Positions 53,466-64,000 of a stretch of DNA of 64,000 bases are shown in pieces; the first letter of the stretch is position 1; every line of letters starts with the position of its first letter. A program made the position numbers and the translations under genes. The notes below the pieces were generated by a model. That model was not told where the DNA came from, ran no database searches, and saw nothing but the letters and a program-made list of their open reading frames with translations. Origin of the DNA: Syncephalis fuscata S228 (taxonomy: Eukaryota > Fungi > Zoopagomycota); the NCBI GenBank assembly GCA_025786725.1, contig JAHLTZ010000016.1:124001-188000 (forward strand), written 5' to 3'.

Positions 53466-54256
53466 ATAGCTTTATGTATAATGAAGCAAACTGCATGATA
53501 TTTCGCACAAGTATAATTATGACATACAGGTAGCTATTGGCAAAGTATACCGTAGTTATGTTGCGGTATAAAACAGTGGTTACAATAATACGCTAATAAA
53601 TGTGCAAAGATGGCCGTTTTTCGCCGTTGATGGCTTGTATAAACAAAATACAGCAAAATAATTGCCGAATTCGAGTTGTCCATGCTTAGTTATACACATT
53701 GGTATGATTTATAGAACAATGGTTTTTGCAAAAAAGCTAGCCAAAAATGCAATTTACGTAAATTGTTGTTAGCAAAAATCAAAGTTATATGTATAACAGT
53801 GGCATAAATTGTTACTGTATATCAACATTTTTGCATACTAAATTGCTATTATGCTTGTTTTAGCGTTGCGAATGCTTTAAATTTACTTTATGCCAATTTT
53901 ATTTTTAATATTAAAATCTTTAAAAGCATATAACTTTAATTACTTTTGCTAACAAGAATTTACGTAAATTGCATTTTTGGCTAGCTTTTTTTGCAAAAAC
54001 CATTGTTCTATAAATCATACCAATGTGTATAACTAAGCATGGACAATTCGAATTCGGCAATTATTTTGCTGTATTTTGTTTATACAAGTCATCAACGGCG
54101 AAAAACGGCCATCTTTGCACATTTATTAGCGTATTATTGTAACCACTGTTTTATACCGCAACATAACTACGGTATACTTTGCCAATAGCTACCTGTATGT
54201 CATAATTATACTTGTGCGAAATATCATGCAGTTTGCTTCATTATACATAAAGCTAT
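53466..54256. mobile_element. Foldback/MITE-like palindrome: ~312-bp near-perfect arms with 166-bp partly palindromic spacer
   Basis: Arms 53466-53777 and 53944-54256 are reverse complements with about 3 substitutions and one indel. The spacer retains aaagttatatg/catataacttt and ggcataaa/tttatgcc pairs. No ORF, no clear TSD. The inverted repeat is certain; mobility is inferred. Confidence 0.8.
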
Positions 54257-55173
54257 TGGCACAATTGTGACTAATTTTACACCTTTTTATCCATTATTTT
54301 ACGCCACAGGAATGTGGTAATTGCAAACATTACTAAGACAATTATCACCATAATATAGCCACCAGTTTTTCATCAGTCTAAATAACGAATATATTACCAC
54401 GTGACTAAGTAATAATATAACGCTTATTTACTTCTTTTCTATTGTTATTTAACAAACACTATCTTCCTTACTATTCTTTCAACTTTACTAAAAAGCTAAA
54501 CATTGGTTTAAACAGCGTATTTACATATTGCACTGCTCAACAGCTATATAAATTATAATAAAGCAATTGTTTTCTTTTATCTTATTGTATATACGCGCAG
54601 CATTTTTGAGCTTCTAAATATCAATAAAAGTAGCTGCTACGTATAATGATCTGAATTCATTATTATATGTGTCTAATGTAATTGTTTAAATACTCGTAAA
54701 AGCACACGTACCACCTCTCATCTGTTTTCTGTCTGCCGGGCTTTTAAACTTTGCTTGGCCAATTAATTACCGCTTTTGCCAAACAACACCGGAAAGTTAC
54801 CAGTATGTATTTTTACATTAATAATGGATTTATTAATAAATAAAACATTTTAGAACATGTTAGAAACAGAAAAAACTGCTTATTAAGCATATTGCTATTA
54901 ATGCATTGAAATGATAGCCTTATACTATATACAGTTGTTTATACAATCAATTAATTATAATAAAATGGCAAAGTATTACTTTATGTTATCTGGTAGATAG
55001 AACATTGCTTAAACAATTGACTGGTTCATATTGAATATTTAACATGTCTATTTACTATATTTCAATGACTTTAAATACTTTATTGGTTTTTTTATGACCA
55101 GATTACGTATTATGACATAGTCTGCTTACTTATTGCTGGATGCTATAACCTCTTTGCATGTTCTAATTTCTAT

Positions 55174-56211
55174 TGTAACGAATATACTGGACAGTTGCGT
55201 TTATTAATAGCGGTACACAATACAATAAATTATATGAATAAAATAATAATTGCAAGTGAACTGGAGTCTTTATAATTGCTAGAATTATACGCGTATTTAT
55301 GATGTTTTAGTTGATATATAAAATATTTAAATAAAACAATACATAAAAAAGTAAAAAAATAAATAAAAGACAAGTAATAAAAGAGTGTTCGTTTTGATGT
55401 GGGTCATGTGCTATGCTCAATGTGTTGGAACACCGATCATAGTACTAAAAAGGTAATAATAAATTGGCGTGAGAGAGTTTTGTTACAGTGACACAAGCAG
55501 AAGGTGGAATGGCGACAATGGTGGCAGCAGTGTTGGCAGCAGCGTTATTTTAAAATGTAATTTGTGTTACTAAGTTTGTAATAAAGTCCGTATTAGTAAC
55601 AAAGTTAGTATTGGATAATTCTGGATTCATATGGATGGTATTTCTTATTGTGTAACGGTGCTATATTCATTCGTGTAACTTGTGATTGGTTGTTCGTATT
55701 GGGTATTGCTGTATTTGTTGATGTAATTTACTGTTAATCCGCTGGTATGTTGAAATGTAACTGGCAAATTTGGACGAGTTTGTCGGAGTAGAATTGGCGG
55801 GCTTGTTTGTAGTTAAAATATTTAGCACCACGACGTTGGTTCACATCAGTACAAAGTAAAAAACAAAGAAGTATAGGTTAAACCGTTGCTATCACGTGTA
55901 ACTGAATATACTGGGGACAGTTGCGGCTACTAATAGCGGTACACAATACAATAAATTATATGAATAAAATAATAATTGCAAGTAAACTGGAGCTTTATTA
56001 ATTGCTAGAATTATATGCGTATTTATGGTGTTTTAGTTGATATATAAAATATTTAAATAAAACAATACATAAAAAAGTAAAAAATAAAAATAAAAGACAA
56101 GTAATAAAAGAGTGTTGTTTTGATGTGGGCCATGTGCTATGATTGATGTTGGAACACCGATCATAGTATTAAAAAGGCAATAATAAATTGGTGTGAGAGA
56201 GTTTTGCTACA
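55174..56211 (-). mobile_element. Non-autonomous miniature LTR retroelement (TRIM-like or internally deleted LTR element)
   Basis: Direct repeats 55174-55487 and 55897-56211 (~314 bp) begin TGTAAC and end GTTACA/GCTACA. Flanks TCTAT/ACTAT form a 4/5 TSD. On the minus strand the LTR has TATAAA and a terminal AATAAA, and the 5' LTR is followed by cgTGATAGCAACGG (degenerate tRNA-iMet-type PBS). The 409-bp internal region has no pol. Confidence 0.85.
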
Positions 56212-56362
56212 ACTATTATGCTGATGGACAGTCTTCAAGGACATAAAACTAATGGTGAATAATGCTATGCCAATTTGAATTTATATATAACCATCCTCAT
56301 TTGCCACGTAACTACCAAACATTGCCTATTACCTTTTGCTTTCTTCTCATCACTTATTCATC

Positions 56363-56737
56363 ATGGTTAGGCTTGTTACTACCGAGGCAGAGTTCAGAGA
56401 AACTATCAACACCAACGAGTTTGTTGTTGTCAATTTCTTCACCGAACAGTGCAGTGCTTATCGCACGATTGCACCAATGATCGAGGATCTAGACAATGCT
56501 ACACATAATGTCATCTTCATTAAGGTCAACACTGAGCAGCTTGCGGTATGTAGTTTATCTAATAATATTACGCTTACTAACTAGTATCGACTACTGTAGA
56601 ATCTTGCCGAAGAGTTTGATGTTACTGATACGCCCACGTTCAGATTTTTCAAAAACGGACAATCTGGTTATAACGATGTTGTTGTTGGTGCCGATATCGG
56701 AAAGATTACCGGAAAACTTGCTACTTTCATAGCATGA
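56363..56737 (+). CDS. Thioredoxin-fold protein with non-canonical QCSAY active site
   Basis: 'MVRLVTTEAEFRETINTNEFVVVNFFTEQCSAYRTIAPMIEDL...FIKVNTEQLA|NLAEEFDVTDTPTFRFFKNG...VVGAD'. Intron 56546-56599. Intact frame of ~106 aa. Confidence 0.88.
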
Positions 56738-57880
56738 TTATGTAGTCTCAAACCGATACATTTAAATAAAACAATATTTGAATGTAATAACCAATAGCTA
56801 GTGTAATATAATATATAGCAAGTAGTTTAAATACGCACAAACGCAATATACAAGTCTTTAACAACAAATAACCGATTAAAATGAGTAATACCGCTACTAG
56901 TTCAGCAGAGGCTTTATTTTGCTCTAAATGTGCGCTAAATTCAATAGATAGTTAGCTATAATACATAAATGATACCTAAACATAACACAACTATATTAGG
57001 ATAAATTAGTAAAATACACCATTTTTAAATCTTACCATAATAAATTCATTTTTAAAAAATTTTATTTATCAAAATACATTGTTTTGAAAAATCTACCAAA
57101 TGTCTACCAAACTAGTTAAAAGCAATATTTAACAGTATTAAAAAGCTGAGGGCCGTTGTTGACGAATTTAAGTTTGTTAACAATTGCAATTTTACGAGGA
57201 AAAATAGTGATTCACTAATATTACAGTTTATTTGCGCTTATGAAGACTGGTTTAGCAACAAATTCAGTTTGTTTTGACTGCCAGAAAGCAAAAAACTGGC
57301 CTAGTAAAGATTGTCTAGTGCAATATTAAACATTTTAATGGCTGTTCATATGATTCTGGTAATGACCTATTAAATATATTACAAATAATGTTGCTACATT
57401 CTCAATTGTAAAATCAAAAGATGTACAAATAAAAGTATTAGTTACATATTTGATTATTTAATACACTAACAGTTGTAATAGTTAATAGGTGGTATATTTC
57501 TTATTACAAAGCTTGATATGCTTTTGATTGAATAAAAAATGGCATTTTTATAACACCAGTAATAAAATGATGTAACTTTGATCAAACAGCTAAAGGTAAA
57601 AAAAGAAATAGAAGTAGTAGCTTAGTCAAATGTTTTAGTATAAATTGATAAAAAAAATATTATTGGTATCAAATAACTAATAGCAGTAGCTCAAATTAGC
57701 AGATTTATAATAAAGATTTTATTTGTATAGATTATAATACAAGCTGAATGAATTAGATTATAAAAAAACATTTTTATTATTATTTAGTAACAATATTATG
57801 CAGTTATTATAATGTTGAAATATAAACAAAAGTTATAAAGCTAAAATCTCTGATGGAAAAAAGTTAATTATAATAAATGC

Positions 57881-58020
57881 TGTTACGCTCTAGTTTTAGA
57901 AATCGCAACTTAGATGACAAGCAACACCTTATCCTGTCGCTGTCCTATAACGTTAATTTCTGATGCTTATTAACGCTTACCTTAACGCTCAGAATACAAG
58001 TGTTGTTTGGTTGTATTGCT
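57881..58020. repeat. Degenerate ~140-bp direct repeat (second copy 62047-62176)
   Basis: Shared ordered blocks tgttac(a)gctcta...ttagatga(a)caag...gttaa...gctcagaataca...ggttg(a)tattgct. Confidence 0.6.
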
Positions 58021-58422
58021 TTTATAATAAATTATTCATTATTGGTCATTAATTATCACAGTTTAGCTATAATAAACTGAATAACTTGTATGACACTAAG
58101 TAGAAATAAATTGGACTAGAAACTTGATTATTCTTTATTGATATTGAATAAAGCTATCATTATATAGTAAACACACCTAATAATAGAACTTGAATGCCTT
58201 GTGGTATTTCATCATTAATGCAGCATATTAGTTCAGGTGACTGCTCATATGCTTACAACTAACAAGTAGCTACTCGTCGTATTGTCGTAATAGACATTTG
58301 TTACTAGTAATCGGTACTAATATCCGATAGGTATATTTGATTATACTGCTTTGACCAATCGCATGGTATGTCTCTTGGTCACACTTTCACAAGACCCTGT
58401 CCGGAATTATAGAACAGTAACA

Positions 58423-58557
58423 ACGTCTAAATTTATAAAATAATGTTTATCGTCATTTCAAGGTATTATAAATAAAAATAGCGTATTTTGTTAAAAACAG
58501 CTATTAGAAATGATAAATTACATTTTTGCAATGGTTATATTTATTGTAAATAACAAA
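58423..58557. repeat. ~135-bp inverted repeat, right copy (pairs with 53257-53392)
   Basis: acgtctaaatttataaaa...cagctattagaaatgataaattacatttttgcaatggttatatttattgtaaataacaaa. Confidence 0.9.
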
Positions 58558-58981
58558 TGATGTATCATACAATGTCCATGAATATTGTACGCCAATGATA
58601 ATGTTTTATGCATTGTAATTTAACACTACTACTCATATACTTTCCACAGTATACGCATTCTATTCTATATCACTTATTTGTAGTAGCTACATATTATTCA
58701 TAGCTAGTAACCGTTTGTCTCTAGCTTTATTACCAATAAACCTAATCTATTTTATTATTGGACCATATATACGGATAAAAAATAAAAAGTTGAATAATTA
58801 AGTTTAATTGGAATTTGGATATAAATGGAATAAACGGTTTGTTTGTTAAATAATTTTCATTATGCTGAATATATACAAAAAACATGTTAAATTAGTGATT
58901 CGATTTCACCATTAATATTAATGCTTGGAAGTACTGACTATTTAATATCATCATCTTGCCGATGGGTTTAGTTTAATTTTT

Positions 58982-59269
58982 TCACTTTTTTTCACCATCA
59001 GGGCCACTATTATCAGCAGCACCATTAACACCATTATTTGATAGAACGCTTATTAATAGAATTAATGACATCACCAATAACATTAATAACAATAGAATCA
59101 AAATTATTAACACTAATAACAGCAACATCATCGCCAAACTGGATACCAGAAATTTCTTAAATGATTGTATGACAAAGCGACGAATTTGAGCTGATTTAGC
59201 ATTTATCAAGGTTGTACTGGCTACAAAAGTTACGGCGAGGGCGCAGATGATGGCAGCAGAAAGCTTTAT
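58982..59269 (-). pseudogene. Small secreted protein relic (start codon ATA, frameshifts)
   Basis: (ATA)KLSAAIICALAVTFVASTTLINAK reads as a signal peptide lacking its ATG. Downstream frames give 'EISGIQFGDDVAVISVNNFDSIVINVIGDVINSINKRS' and 'NGVNGAADNSGPDGEKK*'. Confidence 0.5.
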
Positions 59270-60395
59270 CTTGATATTAATTTGTTAAATAAACAAGTAG
59301 AATGAACAACAGTGCGTAATTGGCAAAAACAGATAGTAGCGTTACAATTTTGTTGATAAAATACAATAGAGCTTTGAATACACTTGAGAAAATACATGGT
59401 TGCTAAGCGTTAGATGAAAGTGCACTGCGAAATAATTATTTTAGATAAAATTAATGCTTATTTATTGTTACTATATAGTATTAATAAAGGAAAGAAAAAT
59501 GGTTCATATGATTACCAGATAAACTTTAAATAGTTACTTGGAGTTTAAATAATCTATCACAACAATAACAACAATCGTCATCATCACTTAGTATGTGATG
59601 ACAAAGTTACACACGTGTGACGTGTCATGTGCTACCTACATGGCAATTACCAACAGCCGCACTATAACTGGTATACTACAACCAGTATAGTTTGATATGC
59701 TCGACGAAGAAATTTCAGTCCATATTAGCCGATATTGCCATGTATGAACCTACTCGTGATTTTTTTGTGCGGTTAAAACGGAAATGTGTGTGATCATATG
59801 CCACAAACTAATTTCTATTCTTCTTAGATGGAGAAAAGTACTCAATTATTAGATCATAATGCGTGCTTAAAGTCATTTATTTTGTCCATTTGTCCCCACC
59901 TGACCAGATCACACGATAGCAATAACTGTGCATACTAGAATAAGCAAGCACTGTAATGTAAATTGTACTGTATCATAAAACTATGGCTTAGATGATATTT
60001 TGATAGATGATGTTACTCAACATTCGCCATCACCTTCAATAAAAAGAATTTGCTTCAATTGCGCAAATATTATTAGCTGTATTCATATAACACAAAATTA
60101 CATTGAAGCATTAATAAATTGTTTATAAAAATAAATTATATTTAATTAATAAAAGTATTATATATAATACTATCGTAGCATAAATCAAATAATTGATTAA
60201 TGTGGTGCATTTTACTATTTCAATTCAACTAATTAAATTATCGACTTGGACAACTGTTTACCTAACAAAAAATGGTTAAAAATACGGGTTATCGCAAGAA
60301 TAACCACTCATATCAATAAAAATAGTTTACAAATATAAATGCTTTGGTCATTGAATTATTATGTTTATTGAATGTGCACAAGTTATCATTAAAAA

Positions 60396-61756
60396 TCAGT
60401 AAGCGCTAGACAGAGGATTCTGGGATGTTTCTTCGGAAAAGTGAAGTAACGCCGCATAAATTTCCTGACCAGTAAAAATAATTTGATTTGGTGGCAAAAT
60501 AAAGCCTTGGCTACCATAAAAATTGGCTGGCCGTAATTCGATACAGAAAGCATAGGGACGAGGAGCAGGCACGCCGGCTTTTTTCTTTTGTGTAAGAGCC
60601 TCACCATACCACCAGTCGGTCACATCTCCCGATGTTACATATAGCTCAATAAAATGCTGCGAGGTGTATTCCTTGCCGCTTTGATCAAGAATATCATCAG
60701 CAAATTGCTGACCAACTTGGCAAGAAGCAATTCATCTTGTGGAGTAGCAGTGGTCCAGCCATAAGGGCGAAGGACAAGTTGCGAGTAAGAGTGTAAATCA
60801 ACAGCACTGACAATATTTGGTGTTTTGATGTAGGCGGCAGTTAATGCTTGGACTTCACGCGTGGATCCAGCAGATGGTCCGCGATAATCTTCTGCCGACG
60901 GATTGCTTGAGCTTCCTCGAGCACCCCAGTGATCTGGCCAGTTGCGATTGATGTCAACGCCGTAAATATGACCATTCTGTATTTCTTCTCGGTTTTTGCG
61001 CCATAGTCTGTTTGACGTCCAGGTATATACATAACCGTCAGGATTGCAGACGGGTACAATGACAAACTCAACTTGTGCCAATAGATTACGGACACGTGTG
61101 TCACCTTTGGCGTAGCTATTTACCAAAGTATCAACAAAGTATTGCAATGTAGCGGCCGAAATCCATTCACGTGCATGCTGCATTGCTTCTAGCCAAATAC
61201 GCTTGCGGCCACTGGCATCTCCGGGGCCGGTGATGGTGAATTTGAGTAATGGGCGATTTTCAATTGTGTTGCCAATAACAACTGGCGTTGTTACAATGTC
61301 AGAGTGTTGCTTGGCCAAATCGTAATACCAGTCGGTCAACTCGGTCAATTCGTGATAGTTATTGAACCACGTTGGACTGCCGTACTTTTCCGGAGCAAAA
61401 GAGTTTTTGGTAACTTTCTCGGAGTCAATAAGCTTCTGGACATCGTCCACAATGGTGGTCAACTTGACATTGGGCAGTGCGGCCAGTGCAATGCGCTCGG
61501 ATGGATCTACACGAACGTGTAGCTCCGTCGTGGTTTGTTTCCACACATCAAGGTAAAGCTGTTCCACTCGATCCCACACATTTTGAGGAATGCGGTCACC
61601 AGCTGTTAAGCTGACGACTTGCTGTTCATCAAATCGGGCCTTGACTCCTGGCTTGCCATTGCGAATATCTTCTTTACTGGGCCCTTGGGGACTTGGTAGA
61701 CCAAGGGTAAGTGCTGGCAGTACAAATAGTACTTCTAAAAGGCTAGTAAGTTGCAT
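60396..61756 (-). CDS. Secreted zinc carboxypeptidase, M14A family, intronless
   Basis: Signal peptide 'MQLTSLLEVLFVLPALTLG', propeptide, 'HAREW', 'NPDGYVYTW..NRLWRKNR', 'GVDINRNW', 'DLHSYSQLVLRPYG', 'SGDVTDW', 'IELRP...GFILPPNQI'. One 1-nt frameshift at ~60712. Confidence 0.95.
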
Positions 61757-62046
61757 AATGCTGATGATACAAAAATAATTAAACCAAGGATTTAATAGTA
61801 CAAATATGTGCTGGAACGAAAGTCTAAACACTTATTAGGATATTTGTCGCGTCATTGGAAAAGGGGAAGGCTAGGCCAAGACAAGCAATGTGAGTACCAT
61901 GGATATATTACATGGTATTAGTATTTATCTAAACTAATTGGATATTAATTGAATTAACATTATAAAACACTAGTCGCATATTACACATTATTACTACGTA
62001 TTATACTATTGTCAAATATTTTAATATCTTATTCTATTTGCTATGA

Positions 62047-62176
62047 TGTTACAGCTCTAATGTAAAAAGTGTAGTTTAGATGAACAAGTAACATGTTGTA
62101 CTGATGTTAACTTTTGACGTTTACTAATAAGTGCTTTAATGCTCAGAATACAGTGTATCGACTGGTTGATATTGCT
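62047..62176. repeat. Degenerate direct repeat, second copy (see 57881-58020)
   Basis: tgttacagctcta...tttagatgaacaag...gctcagaatacag...ggttgatattgct. Confidence 0.6.
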
Positions 62177-62261
62177 ATTGAATAGAGTTATAATTTTATA
62201 GTAACCATAGATAATCATATTCATTTTTTATAATTAATAAACTTTATAAATAATTTAAATA

Positions 62262-64000
62262 TTACACCCAACCAACACGATGAGCAGTTTCAGCAATAGC
62301 TTGTTGTACGGCTAGTGATTCAAGCAGTGGATTTACTGTTACAGTATCGACTGATATCGCTGCAGTATTCGTTTGAGAATCACAAACGGGTGTCAGTCGA
62401 ATGGTCCGAATAATCGACGTTAAAAGCATTGGTGAATCGGCCGAGAATATAGCCCGACAAGCATGATGTACATCAGGATTGACGCCTGCTTCCAGCATCT
62501 GACGCCATATCTCTAGTACCATGGGTAATCGTACTGTTTTTTGATCTGTAGGAAAGTGGAATGGCTTTCTATTACATCGTTTTCTCGTAAAGATATCAAT
62601 TGACGAGCAATGGACCGTCGACAGCATGTTAATAAAATGGCAAAAGTTTGTGACGTCGGCTTGAAACCATCAGCTTTGAATTCCTTGTAAATACGTGCTG
62701 CATTGACTATATCGCCCTGACGAGCATAGGCCGATAATAAAGTATGTCGTGCAGTAATGTCTGGTATTATGGGCCGCTTAGAATTAACCTTATTTGCTGG
62801 TAATTGTTGGATACGTTGGTATGCGGCTTCTGCTGCTGGTAAATTGCCATTCATTGCGTACCAACGAATAATTTCAGTGGCCAATACTTGATTGCACAGA
62901 ATTGGTGATTCAGATGCAGTGTTTGGCGCCTGTTCCGTATAGGCATTTGGGTCACCTAGTTCTTTCAGCCATGACCAAACAAGATCATGTCGTTGGTGTC
63001 GTATGGCCGCTGTAATGACGATGGCAAAAGTACGGGCATCCGGAGCCATATCATTGCCACGCTCTTTCATTATTTCCATACAATCTAAACAGCGTCGTAG
63101 TTTTTACCTGCCGTATGTGCTCTTAGTAATACATTGTATGCCTTTGTGTCCAGGCTGTGTCCATTAGCTAACATATCGTTTAACAATGCATAAAGTCTTG
63201 ACCATCGTTTTTTACGTGCTGCAGCATCCATCAAAGCAGTGTAGATTGGCACGGAAAGTGCTGCTTTTAAAGATGGCGCTAGCTGATGGTATTGATCATA
63301 TGCACCTTCATCGTCATTTCGCCGTAAACGAGCCGATACTAAAATAGAAAATATATTTGCATGATCTTGAGCTACTAGTTGAAGTCGTGGTTTGTATAAA
63401 CCGTTATCGCTATTTGATTGTGTCTTCCAAAAGTGTAAATAAGGCGATAGATCGGCCAGCCAAAGCAGTTGTTGATATAGATATTCGGCCAGTCCTATCT
63501 TGCCGTAAGTTGCCATTATATGTATCATAATGGCAAAAGTCTTAACATTGGCTGGTGGCCCGCGAACTACATGCGTAAACAATTCGTTGCTATCATCGAT
63601 GGATTGTTCCAAAGTGTCACGCGGAAATAATGCCATGACACGTTCATAGTAACAGAGCCTTAGTGTGTGGAAATCCTTACGCTTGCCTAATACATATAGC
63701 CAAGTATTATGCTCGTCTGCACCCAAAGGTAGACCGGAATGTAAAAGATCTTGCCAAACTGCTTGTGCGCCATCTGGACAATTGGCATCGCCAAGTGCTC
63801 TAATAACAGCACAACAAAGTGATATAGCCTCGGCTACACGCGATCCGCCTCGAGCACGCTCAGCTGTGTTAATGGCACCATCGGATCGTAAACTGGCGTT
63901 GAATATAACTTCTTTAGATAATGGACGAGAATGGGACGATTCGTTGAGTGCCGCTTCTCTGGCTTGAGTTGCAAATTGGCGTGCATCTTGTGATCGACCC
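62262..64000 (-). CDS. Pentatricopeptide-repeat (PPR) protein, 5' end beyond window
   Basis: PPR motifs 'IYTALMDAAAR...MLANGHSLDTKAYNVLLRAH', 'PDARTFAIVITA', 'PDITARHTLLSAYARQGD...FKADGFKPTSQTFAILL', 'MLEAGVNPD'. Frameshifts near 63085 and 62620. Confidence 0.88.

Noticed and set aside
55174-56211. Direct repeats as a CRISPR array or simple tandem duplication
   Set aside because: Only two 314-bp units, with LTR termini and a near-TSD, in a eukaryotic context.
56440-56470. Selenocysteine in the thioredoxin active site
   Set aside because: The codons are TGC AGT GCT TAT; there is no in-frame TGA.

Overview
Eukaryotic fungal chromosomal DNA, AT-rich, with many short (~45-110 nt) spliceosomal introns. 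The gene content and the intronless secreted proteases suggest an early-diverging fungus, plausibly a Zoopagomycota mycoparasite such as Syncephalis (inference). The window alternates between two compartments. Gene-dense housekeeping blocks hold a DUF2420/Rmr1-like protein, Ku80, Slx9, Bem1, a Gcn4/CpcA-like bZIP, a C2/Pro-rich Fic1/Inn1-like protein, a TIP30/Fmp52 SDR, Maf, NDUFS8, Rrp43, a WD40 protein, Rps26, Erg7, Not3, eRF3, an Snt1/N-CoR-like protein and a PPR protein. AT-rich accessory tracts (~19.2-25.6 kb and ~50.5-62.2 kb) hold an orphan GPCR-like 7TM protein, an M36 fungalysin, an M14 carboxypeptidase, an atypical monothiol thioredoxin, pseudogene relics and repeats. The most unusual structure is at 53.2-58.6 kb: ~135-bp inverted repeats bracket a ~790-bp near-perfect foldback, a 1.04-kb non-coding mini LTR element (TGTAAC...GTTACA ends, near-TSD, degenerate tRNA-iMet-like PBS) and a thioredoxin whose WCGPC site reads QCSAY. 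Other notable signals are a Gcn4 orthologue with a 400-nt AUG-free leader, an animal-type tandem PAM2 in eRF3, a 7-nt microexon and three GC-AG introns. Single-base frameshifts occur even in essential genes and most likely reflect assembly errors. No tRNA, rRNA or CRISPR was seen.
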